A DNA stretch of 33,909 nucleotides from Candidatus Sericytochromatia bacterium (GTDB taxonomy: Bacteria > Cyanobacteriota > Sericytochromatia > S15B-MN24 > UBA4093), in NCBI GenBank assembly GCA_036676495.1, contig JAKFCT010000102.1, positions 1 to 33,909 on the forward strand. Direction: 5' to 3'. Position 1 is the stretch's first letter. Each line of letters begins with the position of its first letter. A model generated the notes under the pieces. It saw only the letters and a program-made list of their open reading frames with translations. It was not told the origin of the DNA and made no database searches. The position numbers were made by a program, and so were the translations under genes. Positions 9,174 through 17,500 of the stretch are shown piece after piece.

Positions 9174-9198
9174 TCAGTCCGTCGACTAGGAGCGCCTC

Positions 9199-10464
9199 AT
9201 GCCTACCTTCACCTGTAAGGTCCGTGACCATCGCGGAGAAGCCTTCATCAAGACGATGAACGGCGAGTCCGCCGTCGAGGTCCGGAACCGCCTGCGGGAG
9301 ATGGGCTACATGGTGGTCACGCCGGTCACTGAGAAGCGCGAGAACAAGATCGCGGGACAGCTCAACCAGGCGTCGAGTCTCAAGTTCCTCGATCAGATCA
9401 ACGCCAAGCTCGCGATGTCGGGCAAGGTGAAGCTCTCGGACATCACGGTCTTCACCCGCCAGTTCGCCACCATGATCAACTCCGGGGTGGCCATGGTGCG
9501 CTCCCTTCACATCCTCTCGGAGCAAACCAAGAACCCCAAGCTCAAGCGCATCGTCGATGACCTCAAGGCCCGCGTGGAAGCCGGTAACTCGCTCTCCGAA
9601 TCGATGGCCAAGCACCCGAGCGTCTTCGACAAGCTCTACGTGGGCATGGTTCGCGCCGGCGAGGCGGGCGGTGTGCTCGACGAAGTCCTCCTGCGGGTCG
9701 CGACCTTCCTGGAGGCCTCCAACAAGCTCCAGCAGCAGGTCAAGTCCGCGATGACCTACCCCATCGTGGTCTGCGTGATGGCCATCGGCATCTTCGTGGC
9801 GATGCTGGTCTTCATCCTCCCGGTCTTCGCCGACATGTTCGCCCAGATGGGGGCGAAGCTGCCGGCCTATACCCAGTTCCTGATCGACCTCAGCCACATC
9901 GTCGCCGGCCCCATCGGCCTCGGGATCGCGGCGGGCACCGCCGGCATCGTCTTCCTGTTCCGCCGCTGGGCCAAGACCGACCACGGGAAGCATTTCCTCG
10001 ACAAGCACATCCTGGAGGTCCCCGTCATCGGCGCCCTGACCCAGAAGGTCGCCGTCGCCCGCTTCACGCGGACCCTCGGGACCCTCCTTCGCTCGGGAGT
10101 CCCCCTCCTCAGCGCCCTCGAGATCGTCCGTGACTCGGCCGGCAACATGATCGTCTCCGGCGCCGTCGAGGACGTGCGCCAGGCCGTCCGAGAGGGCGAG
10201 GGCATCACCCGTCCCCTCGAGAAGGCCGACATCTTCCCCCCGATGGTCACTCAGATGATCTCGATCGGCGAGGAGACGGGCGCCATCGACGCCATGCTCG
10301 AGAAGGTCGCCGACTTTTACGACGAGGAAGTCGAGGCCGCGGTCAAGTCGCTGACCTCGCTGCTCGAACCCCTGATGATGGCCGGCATCGGCATTCTGGT
10401 CGGTTCGATCGTCGTCGGCATGTACCTGCCCATCTTCACCATCATCAACCAGGTCGGCCAGTAG
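9199..10464 (+). CDS. pilC: type IV pilus inner-membrane platform protein PilC (GspF family)
   Basis: FTRQFATMINSG, MVRAGEAGG.LDEVL, KSAMTYP, IGEETG, LLEP, MYLPIF. Three hydrophobic segments; follows pilB-pilT. Confidence 0.95.
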   Translation: MPTFTCKVRDHRGEAFIKTMNGESAVEVRNRLREMGYMVVTPVTEKRENKIAGQLNQASSLKFLDQINAKLAMSGKVKLSDITVFTRQFATMINSGVAMVRSLHILSEQTKNPKLKRIVDDLKARVEAGNSLSESMAKHPSVFDKLYVGMVRAGEAGGVLDEVLLRVATFLEASNKLQQQVKSAMTYPIVVCVMAIGIFVAMLVFILPVFADMFAQMGAKLPAYTQFLIDLSHIVAGPIGLGIAAGTAGIVFLFRRWAKTDHGKHFLDKHILEVPVIGALTQKVAVARFTRTLGTLLRSGVPLLSALEIVRDSAGNMIVSGAVEDVRQAVREGEGITRPLEKADIFPPMVTQMISIGEETGAIDAMLEKVADFYDEEVEAAVKSLTSLLEPLMMAGIGILVGSIVVGMYLPIFTIINQVGQ

Positions 10465-10568
10465 CCGTCGCAAGGTTCCCCCCGTCGCGTTCCGCTCGGA
10501 ACAGTTGCTCGCTTCCGGAACCGGAAGTCAGGATATCGAAGCCATCCGATGGCTCGAGGGAGGCGCCC

Positions 10569-11330
10569 ATGTCCGTGTCCATCGCCAGCCCCGATGCGAT
10601 TGAAGGCATGATTGCCCGCTACCATGCCTCGCGGGATCCCAAGCTCCGCGACCGGATCGTCCGGCAGACCCTGAAGCTCGTCCGGCCGATCGCCAGGCGC
10701 TTCCGCGATCGCATGCCGGGTGGGGTCGAGGATCTCGAGCAGGTCGGCGCCATCGGGCTCCTGAATGCGATCGAGCGCTTCGATCCCCGCCGCGGGCGCC
10801 CCTTCGAAGCGTACGCCGGAACCTTGATCTCCGGGGAGATGCGCCATTACCTGCGGGATCTCGGCGCGCTCGTCCGCCCTCCCCGCGAGCTTGTCGAACT
10901 GAGGGCCCGGGTCTTCGCTGCCTCGTCCCGCCTGGAGCAAGAGCTCGGCCGGGATCCCACCGCCGAGGAGCTGGCTTCCTCCCTTCACCTGGACGTCTCC
11001 AAGGTGCTGGAGGTCCTGGGCCTCGAGGCCGGAACGCGCCCGCTTTCGCTCGACGTGGTCGGGGACGAGGACGAGAGCCGTCCCCGACCTCAGCTGGTCG
11101 ATAACCGCTACCGTTCTTTCCAGCTGGCCGCCGAGGATCGCATGATGCTCGCGGCCGCCCTATCGAAGCTGCGGCACGTCTCGCGAGAGGTGATCGAGTT
11201 CGCCTTCTACCAGGACCTCTCCCAGACGGAGATTGCCCAGCGGCTGGGCATCTCCCAGATGCAGGTCTCGCGTCGCCTGTCGACCGCCACCCAGGAACTC
11301 TGGAAGCTCCTCAACACGAAGCTCTGGTAG
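10569..11330 (+). CDS. sigF: alternative sigma-70 factor, SigB/SigF/SigG family
   Basis: EDLEQVGAIGLLNAIERFDP...YA...I.GEMRHYLRD (region 2) and LSQTEIAQRLGISQMQVSRRL (region 4). The symbol follows cyanobacterial naming and is tentative. Confidence 0.85.
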   Translation: MSVSIASPDAIEGMIARYHASRDPKLRDRIVRQTLKLVRPIARRFRDRMPGGVEDLEQVGAIGLLNAIERFDPRRGRPFEAYAGTLISGEMRHYLRDLGALVRPPRELVELRARVFAASSRLEQELGRDPTAEELASSLHLDVSKVLEVLGLEAGTRPLSLDVVGDEDESRPRPQLVDNRYRSFQLAAEDRMMLAAALSKLRHVSREVIEFAFYQDLSQTEIAQRLGISQMQVSRRLSTATQELWKLLNTKLW

Positions 11331-11342
11331 TCTTGAGGACTG

Positions 11343-11831
11343 CTACTCGAGAATCGGGGCCTCGTAGACCTCGCGGGCGAGCCCGCGCGTGATCACGATG
11401 GGGAGGACCCACTCGCCGTTGAGTCCCTGGCGCGCCCGCTCCAGACGGACGGTGATCTTCTGGGGAGTGTGCTCCCACATGTTGCTGGTCAGGGCGTCCA
11501 CGCCCATGCCAATCGGGAAGAGCGGCAGCAGGAGGAAGTTGCCCCAGAAGGCGCCCCGGATGCTGCGGCCGATCCGGATCTCCTGGGTCTGATAAAGCGG
11601 GCTGCGCACCGTGACCTTGTAGTCCGAGCCGCGGCTCAAGGGAACCGTGAACTCGGGAACCCGCTGGATGATCATCTCGCCGTTTTGAATCCCTTCGAGC
11701 CGGACCTCCAGGTCCTGGCGGGGCTCTTCGACGTTCACGCCGAACTCGGAGGGGCCCCCTCCGAGGATCGTGGCGCAGCCGCTCGTCAGTGCGGCGGCGA
11801 TGAGGGCGGCAGGTAGAAGGCGCTTCGACAT
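11343..11831 (-). CDS. uncharacterised lipoprotein (PEGA-like beta region plus hydrophobic hairpin), paralog A
   Basis: Signal MSKRLLPAALIAAALTSG-C lipobox, then CATILGGG. Later FWGNFLLLPLFPIGMGVDALT. SD AGGAGG. Confidence 0.75.
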   Translation of the reverse strand: MSKRLLPAALIAAALTSGCATILGGGPSEFGVNVEEPRQDLEVRLEGIQNGEMIIQRVPEFTVPLSRGSDYKVTVRSPLYQTQEIRIGRSIRGAFWGNFLLLPLFPIGMGVDALTSNMWEHTPQKITVRLERARQGLNGEWVLPIVITRGLAREVYEAPILE

Positions 11832-11898
11832 GGGACCTCCTGTTCGTTTTGCTCCTCAGATCGGCTTGCGGTCGCTTTCGCGATCGGGGTTGGGAGCC

Positions 11899-11907
11899 AT
11901 GGTAGCA
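11899..11907 (-). promoter_or_regulatory. candidate extended -10 promoter for lipoprotein A
   Basis: Minus-strand TGC-TACCAT (TGn-TAnnnT) about 70 nt upstream of the start codon. Confidence 0.35.
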
Positions 11908-11936
11908 AAAAGCCGGGACCCCATGGGGTCCCGGCT
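11907..11936 (-). terminator. intrinsic terminator after lipoprotein B
   Basis: Perfect 26-nt palindrome AGCCGGGACCCCATGGGGTCCCGGCT (11911-11936) followed on the minus strand by a T run. Confidence 0.75.
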
Positions 11937-11954
11937 GCCGCTTGGAATTCTCCG

Positions 11955-12449
11955 TTACTGGAGAATGGGGGCCTCGAGAAGCACCCGCTCATGATCATGA
12001 TCGTCGCTCAAGAGGATGGGCAGGACCGAGTAACGTCCCGTCGAGCTCTGGCGCTCCTTCTGGAGGCGGATCTTGACGTTGTTCTTGTCATGCTCCCACA
12101 TGTTGTTGGTGACGAAGTCGATGCCCAGGCCGACGATCGACGAGGTGCAGCAGAAGTTGGCCCAGAAAATCGGGCGGATGTTGCGGCGGACCAGCACTTC
12201 TTCGGTGGAGTACCGGGGGCTGTGGACCGTGATCTTGTAGTCCGAGTTCCGGTTGAGGGAGACCGAGAAGTTGGTCGCGCGGCGGGTGATCGTCTCACCG
12301 TTCGCAAGCCCGACGATGCGGACCTCGACGTCCTGGCGAGGATCCTCGACGGCCACGTCGAGCCGGGAGTTGCCTCCTCCAATCAGGGTCGCGCATCCGG
12401 CCGACGAGACGACCGCGGTCAGCGCCAAAAGGAAGGGGATCTTCGACAT
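11955..12449 (-). CDS. uncharacterised lipoprotein, paralog B
   Basis: MSKIPFLLALTAVVSSAG-C lipobox, CATLIGGG. Aligns by eye with paralog A (VEDPRQD, SDYKITV.SP.Y, FW.NF, T.NMWEH, EAPIL). Start moved to ATG 12449 after GGAGG. Confidence 0.75.
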   Translation of the reverse strand: MSKIPFLLALTAVVSSAGCATLIGGGNSRLDVAVEDPRQDVEVRIVGLANGETITRRATNFSVSLNRNSDYKITVHSPRYSTEEVLVRRNIRPIFWANFCCTSSIVGLGIDFVTNNMWEHDKNNVKIRLQKERQSSTGRYSVLPILLSDDHDHERVLLEAPILQ

Positions 12450-12500
12450 GTTGCCTCCATGGGGTGCGATGGGGATGCAAAAGGCTTGATTGCTTGGAAT

Positions 12501-12506
12501 ATTATA
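12501..12506 (-). promoter_or_regulatory. candidate sigma-70 -10 element for lipoprotein B
   Basis: Perfect TATAAT on the minus strand in an AT-rich intergenic patch; no recognisable -35. Confidence 0.4.
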
Positions 12507-12534
12507 CATCAGTCTGCGGGAATGCGGCGCTACA

Positions 12535-13368
12535 TCATTGCTTCAGGGGCAGGAGATCGGCAAATTCCTGATCTAACTTGTCGAGGAAGGCCAGGTCCTC
12601 CCGCAATCGCTCCTTGGAGACCAGGCTTCCGGCTTTCTGGATGCCGCCAAGGTAGTAGCGAGGGCCGTAGTTGACGACAAGAAGGCCTCCGAGCCAATCC
12701 CGCTCGGTGACCGCGTAGGCCAAGAGCCCGATCCAGGCGGCGTTCAGGGTGAATGACGCGAGTCCTGACCCCCAGTCTCCGGCATAGACCTGGCCGGACC
12801 CGGGAAGCCAAGCGGAGAGCCGTTGGGCATGATCCTCGGAACGGATCGGCCGATCGTTCCAGGTGCGTAGGGCCGCTTCCAGCGCCTGCATGCGCGCATC
12901 CGCAGGAAAGCGCCGCGTGGTCTGGGCGGCTGTCTCCCAGTTCCGCTGCCGGATCTCCAGCCAGAGCAGATGCCTCAGGGCCGCGCTTCCGACTTCCGGA
13001 TCGCTGGAGAGGCGCTCGTACTCGATGCGGGCCAGTTCGGGCCGGCCTGCGAGTTCCTCGAGGCTTGCCAACTGCAGGCTCCAGCGTGCCTTTTGGCTAG
13101 CGGGAGCTTGCTCCTGGAGGAGGCGAAGGTGGCGACGGGCCCTGAACACGTCCTTTTGGCCAAGGTAGAGCTTTATCAAGCGCTCCCGGGCCATTCCGGA
13201 AAGCGGGTGCTGGGGATTCAAGTCCAGGAAGCGCTCGACTTCCATCACGGCAAGGGCAGGCTCGATCGGGCTGATGTGCTCGGCGAAGTCCAGCGCGGCG
13301 ACCCCGGTGGCGGCGAAGGCCGGCGGGGAGAGCATCAGAAGGGCGAGCAGGGCGGCGAGCAGGCGCAA
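12535..13368 (-). CDS. exported TPR protein with C-terminal TM2-like hydrophobic domain
   Basis: Signal peptide MRLLAALLALLMLSPPAFA, helical TPR-like repeats (ERFLDLNPQHP), LSAWLPGSGQVYAG followed by two hydrophobic segments. TTG start. Confidence 0.7.
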   Translation of the reverse strand: MRLLAALLALLMLSPPAFAATGVAALDFAEHISPIEPALAVMEVERFLDLNPQHPLSGMARERLIKLYLGQKDVFRARRHLRLLQEQAPASQKARWSLQLASLEELAGRPELARIEYERLSSDPEVGSAALRHLLWLEIRQRNWETAAQTTRRFPADARMQALEAALRTWNDRPIRSEDHAQRLSAWLPGSGQVYAGDWGSGLASFTLNAAWIGLLAYAVTERDWLGGLLVVNYGPRYYLGGIQKAGSLVSKERLREDLAFLDKLDQEFADLLPLKQ

Positions 13369-13371
13369 GCG

Positions 13372-14175
13372 TTACTCCGGGTTCGAGGTCGAACCCGTCT
13401 CGGGCTCGACTGCTTCGCTTTCGACCGTTTCGGTCACGCGCTGGAGAAACGCCTTCTCGGTTTGCTGGTTGAGGTGTCTGGCTTCCACGGCCGCCCCGTA
13501 GATGCCGCCGCCCCAAAAGGAAAGCGACAGCGCCGCTGCGGTCGTCCCGAGGATCGGGTTCTCGCGGTTGAAGTAGTAGTAGGAGGCCAGGCCCGTGACC
13601 ACGGTGAACAGGACGGCGTTCAGGGCGTTGCTTCGACGGCCGAGGTAGAGTTGCCCGCCGCCGGGGACCAGCGAGAAGGCGGCAGCGAGCGCCGGGGAAC
13701 GATCGGGAGTTTCGAGCCGTTGCGTGGCGAGGGTCGCGACCGTCTTGGACCCGCCGGCCTCGAAGTGCTGCCGCGCTTTTTGCCAGTCTCCGCCGCGCGC
13801 GGCCAGCAAGCCCAGCTGCGCCGTGGCGGGCTCTCCGAGGGAGGGGATGAGTTCGGTGAGCAGGCGTTTCGCCTCGGCCTCCCGGCCCAGGCCCATGGAT
13901 GCCTTGGCGAGGGAGAGACGAGCCAGAGGCCCCCACTCGGAAGCCTCGGGAACCTGCCGCAAGGTGGCTTCGGCCTCGGTGTAGCGCTGGCCCTTGAGGT
14001 AGGCCTTCCCGAGCCCGTAGAGCGCGCGGGGCCGCTCTGAGCCCGAGGGGTTCTCGAAGAGCCAGCGATGGTACTCGCCGGCGGCCCGGTAGACCTCACC
14101 CTGGCGGTACAAGGAATCGGCGTAGCTCAGCGAGCTGGATTGCGTCAGAACGGCCAGGGCCAAGAGGGTTACCAT
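13372..14175 (-). CDS. exported TPR protein with C-terminal TM2-like hydrophobic domain (paralog)
   Basis: Short N-terminal hydrophobic segment; YADSLYRQGEVYRAAGEY..WLFENP...ALYGLGKAY TPRs; SPALAAAFSLVPGGGQLYLG and two TM-like segments. Confidence 0.75.
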   Translation of the reverse strand: MVTLLALAVLTQSSSLSYADSLYRQGEVYRAAGEYHRWLFENPSGSERPRALYGLGKAYLKGQRYTEAEATLRQVPEASEWGPLARLSLAKASMGLGREAEAKRLLTELIPSLGEPATAQLGLLAARGGDWQKARQHFEAGGSKTVATLATQRLETPDRSPALAAAFSLVPGGGQLYLGRRSNALNAVLFTVVTGLASYYYFNRENPILGTTAAALSLSFWGGGIYGAAVEARHLNQQTEKAFLQRVTETVESEAVEPETGSTSNPE

Positions 14176-14549
14176 AGGTGTCGCTCCGTCGGGGGATCGA
14201 GGGAAAGGAGGCGATCGCCGATCGCGATGATCGGGTAGTGGGCGTGGGCCTCTTCGTTTTCACGAATGAAGCGATCGGTGGTCATCAAGAGGCCCTGGAT
14301 CGGGCCGTAGCGCGCGAAGGCCTCCATCGAGAAGCGGGAGCACGACGGGTACATCGGGCAGGCGGCGGCGTCCTGATTGGAGAGCACGAGCTGATAGCCC
14401 CGGATCAGGCCCATGAAGGCGAGGCTCATGCCCGAGGGAGCCTCGGGCTGATTGGCCGGAGCGGCGACGGGCTGGTCCCAGGGGCCCCAGGGAGCGGCAA
14501 GCGCAGGGCTCGCGATCAGGAGCCCGAGCAGCGAGAGGAGACGGATCAT
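14169..14549 (-). CDS. YidD-like (membrane protein insertion efficiency factor family) protein with N-terminal signal peptide, 126 aa
   Basis: LIRGYQLVLS...CPMYPSCSRFSMEAFARYGPIQGLLMTTDRFIR...DPP matches the YidD pattern. It is the 3' end of the 558-aa track ORF; the ATG overlaps the upstream TGA (ATGA). Confidence 0.8.
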   Translation of the reverse strand: MIRLLSLLGLLIASPALAAPWGPWDQPVAAPANQPEAPSGMSLAFMGLIRGYQLVLSNQDAAACPMYPSCSRFSMEAFARYGPIQGLLMTTDRFIRENEEAHAHYPIIAIGDRLLSLDPPTERHLW

Positions 14550-17500
14550 CGTTCGTCTGCGAGAACCTGGACCTGGTTGCGTCCGTTGGCCTTGGAGACG
14601 TAGAGGGCGCGGTCCGCGCGCTCGATCAGCTCGGCGATGCGGTCGTCCTCGGGGCGCAGCGACGAGACTCCCAGGGAGACCGTGATCTGGCGCAGGGGAT
14701 TGCCCTCGGGGTCGGTGAGCTGGATCTCGCTGACGTTCTCGCGGATGCGCTCGGCGACCGTGACGGCGCCTTCCAGGTCGGTGTCGGGCAGGGCGACGAT
14801 AAACTCCTCCCCTCCCCAGCGGGCCGTGAGATCCGAGAGGCGGACGGCTTGCTCGAGCACCCGCGCCACGGAGACGATGACCTCGTCTCCGAGCATGTGG
14901 CCGAAGGTGTCGTTGAAGCTCTTGAAGTGGTCGATATCCAGCATGATGACCGAAAGGTGCCGGTGGTGGCGCCGGGACTGGGCGAAGTCGCGCGAGAGCT
15001 GATCCTGGAAGAAGCGACGGTTGTGCAGGCCGGTCAAGGGGTCGATCGAGGCGCGCATGTTGGCTTCCTCGTAGAGTTCGACCAGGTGCTCCAGTTCGTT
15101 GGCGCGCTGGGTGAGCTGGGTGTAGAGGTGGGCGTTCTCGATGGCGATCGCCGCGTGGTGCGCGATCGACTCCAAGAGGGCCAGCTCCCGCTCCGTGAAG
15201 TGGTTGACGATGGCCTGCGAGTCCACGTAGAGCACGCCCAGAACGGTCTGCTTGGCCAAGAGGGGCACGCACATGACCGTCCGCAGGTTCAGGGCCATGA
15301 CTGAGGCCTGCATCTGGAACTCCTGGTCGCTCAAGGCGTCGTCCACGCACAAGGGCTCGGCCGAGTCGAGCACCCGCTGGCAGATGCTCCGGCTGATCGG
15401 ATCGTCCTCCAGCGTCAGGGCCGCTCCCAGGTGATTGAGGGCCGAGCGGCAGACCAATTGCTCGTTCTCCCAGAGGAGGATGTAGCCGCGCTCGGCCTGG
15501 GTGAGGTCCAGGGTGGATTGCAGGACCAATTGCAAGACTTCTTCCATGACCAGGGTGGTGGTGATGGTGCGGGCGAGCCCGTTGAGCATCTCCAGCTTGC
15601 GGCTCTTGTCCTCCCACTCGGCGTGCATGCTCGCGTTCTCGAGGGCGTTGGCCAGGACGGCCGCGAGGCTCATCACGACGTCCAGGGCTTGCTCGTCGAA
15701 GGGAGCCTCTTCCGTCAACCGGTCGACGTAGATGGCTCCGACCATGCGGTTGCGAATCTTGACCGGGGCGGAGAGCACGGTGCGGCTCGCGATGGCGGCA
15801 TCCTTGGGGGTGAAGCGCGCCTCGCTGCGCGTATCGCGCAGGCACAAGGGCTGCTCGGTGCGGAAGACCTCATCCGCGATGCTGCGGCTGATGCGCCAGT
15901 CCTCGGCGGGAACGCTCTTCGGGAACTCGCGGATCTGGACCGGAAGGACCTCGCTGCCCTGGAGCTTGAGGATGAAGCCGCGCTTGCCGCCGGTGATTTC
16001 CAGGATCAGGTCCATGGCCATCTCCAGCACCAGCGCGACGTCCTGGATCTGGCTGACCTTCAGGGAGAAGTCGATGAGCTGGGTGAGCTTGTGGTTGGCA
16101 TGCTGCAGATCGTCGATCTGCTCCTGCTGGCCCCTGGCATGCCGGGCGAAGGCCTTGAGGTCCTCCTGGATCCGCTCGATGTGGCCTTCAAGGGAATCGG
16201 CCGACTGCGTGGAGGCTTCGGTCTTCGGGAGGTAGGTCTGGCTCCATGCCTCCCGGAACGCGTCCTGCCGTTCGGCGGGGAGGGTCTGGGCGAGGCGATC
16301 GCAGATGTTCTGGGCGAGCCGGCGGTGGTCGTCCCCGCGCAGGGTGTCGACGTCGGCCAGGAGGCTCAAGGCGCGGCCGTCGAGATCGGCCTGGCCCATC
16401 TCCTCGGCGAGGTGGATGGCCTTGCGCAGGTGCTCGGTGGCCAGCGAACGGCGGTCGTTGCGGAGGTGCAGCTCGCCGAGGAAGAGGTGAATCCGGCCGA
16501 TCAGGTTCCGGGCTCCCACCTCTTCGGCCAAATGCAGGCTTTCAAAGGCCATCCGCTGGGCTGCCATGGCATCCTTGGCCAGGGCCAAGAGGTCGGCCTG
16601 GACGAAGAGCAGCTTGGCGGCCAATCCGCGGGCCTCGGCTTCATTGGCCTGCGTGATCGCATGGTTGAGCAGCGAGCGGACCTCTTCGCGCTCTCCGCTC
16701 CGCAGGAGCAAAAGGGCCAGCACGGGGCGCATGGAGCTCGCGATGTCCTCGTGGCCGGTCTCTTCGGCGTCCTTCACCGTGGAACGGGCCAGTTCCAGGG
16801 CCTCCGGGGTGGCGCCCAGCATCATGAGCAGCTCGGCGCGGTAGACGTTGAGGGTCATCTCCAGGTAGCGGTTCCGGGTGTCGAGGGCGATCTGGAGGCC
16901 CGCGTCGACCTGCGTCAGCGCGTCTCCGAGCCGGCCGAGGTGCATCGCGGCCATGCCTTCCATGGCGAGCGCCATGCCTTCGGCCATCCGGCTTCCCAGC
17001 TCCTGGGCGCCGGCGAGCGCCTGCTTGGCCACGGCTTCGGCGTCCCGGAACTCGCCGAGCTCCAGGGCGGTGGCCGCCAGGTTCAACTGGCTGAAGACCA
17101 GCTCGTCGCGCTGGTCGATCAGGGTGTTGAGCCGGCGGGTCTCTTCGAAGGCCTGGTAGGCTTCCGTGTAGCGTCCGAGGGAGAGGTAGGCGTTCCCGAG
17201 CATCATGTTGGCCTCGTTGAGGCCGAGGAGGTCGTTGAAGCTCTCCTTGATGGCGAGGGCTTCCTTGAGCAGACCCAGTCCCTGCTCGGTCTGGCCTTTT
17301 CCGCTGGACGAGAAGAGGAAGCCGAGGAAGGCGAGGCTCTCGCTGAGGGTGAGCATCTCGCCGTGCGTCCGGGAGAGGCTGGCGGCCTCTTCGAGCATGG
17401 GAGCGGTCTTGGCGGCGTTGCCGGTGAAGTAGAAGATGCGGCCCAGGGTCATGAGCGCGCGGATCTTGGCCTTGACGTTGCCGCTGGCCTCGGCGACCTC

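Noticed and set aside
11840-11895. Minus-strand TCGC-GAAA-GCGA-CC-GCAA-GCC resembling part of a c-di-GMP-I riboswitch
   Set aside because: Lacks the upstream GGCAAA-type junction and the second large stem with tetraloop receptor; too short. An Rfam scan would settle it.
14550-15845. N-terminal 432 aa of the 558-aa track ORF
   Set aside because: Arg/Pro-rich off-frame overlap of the GGDEF gene; only the last 126 codons (YidD-like) look real
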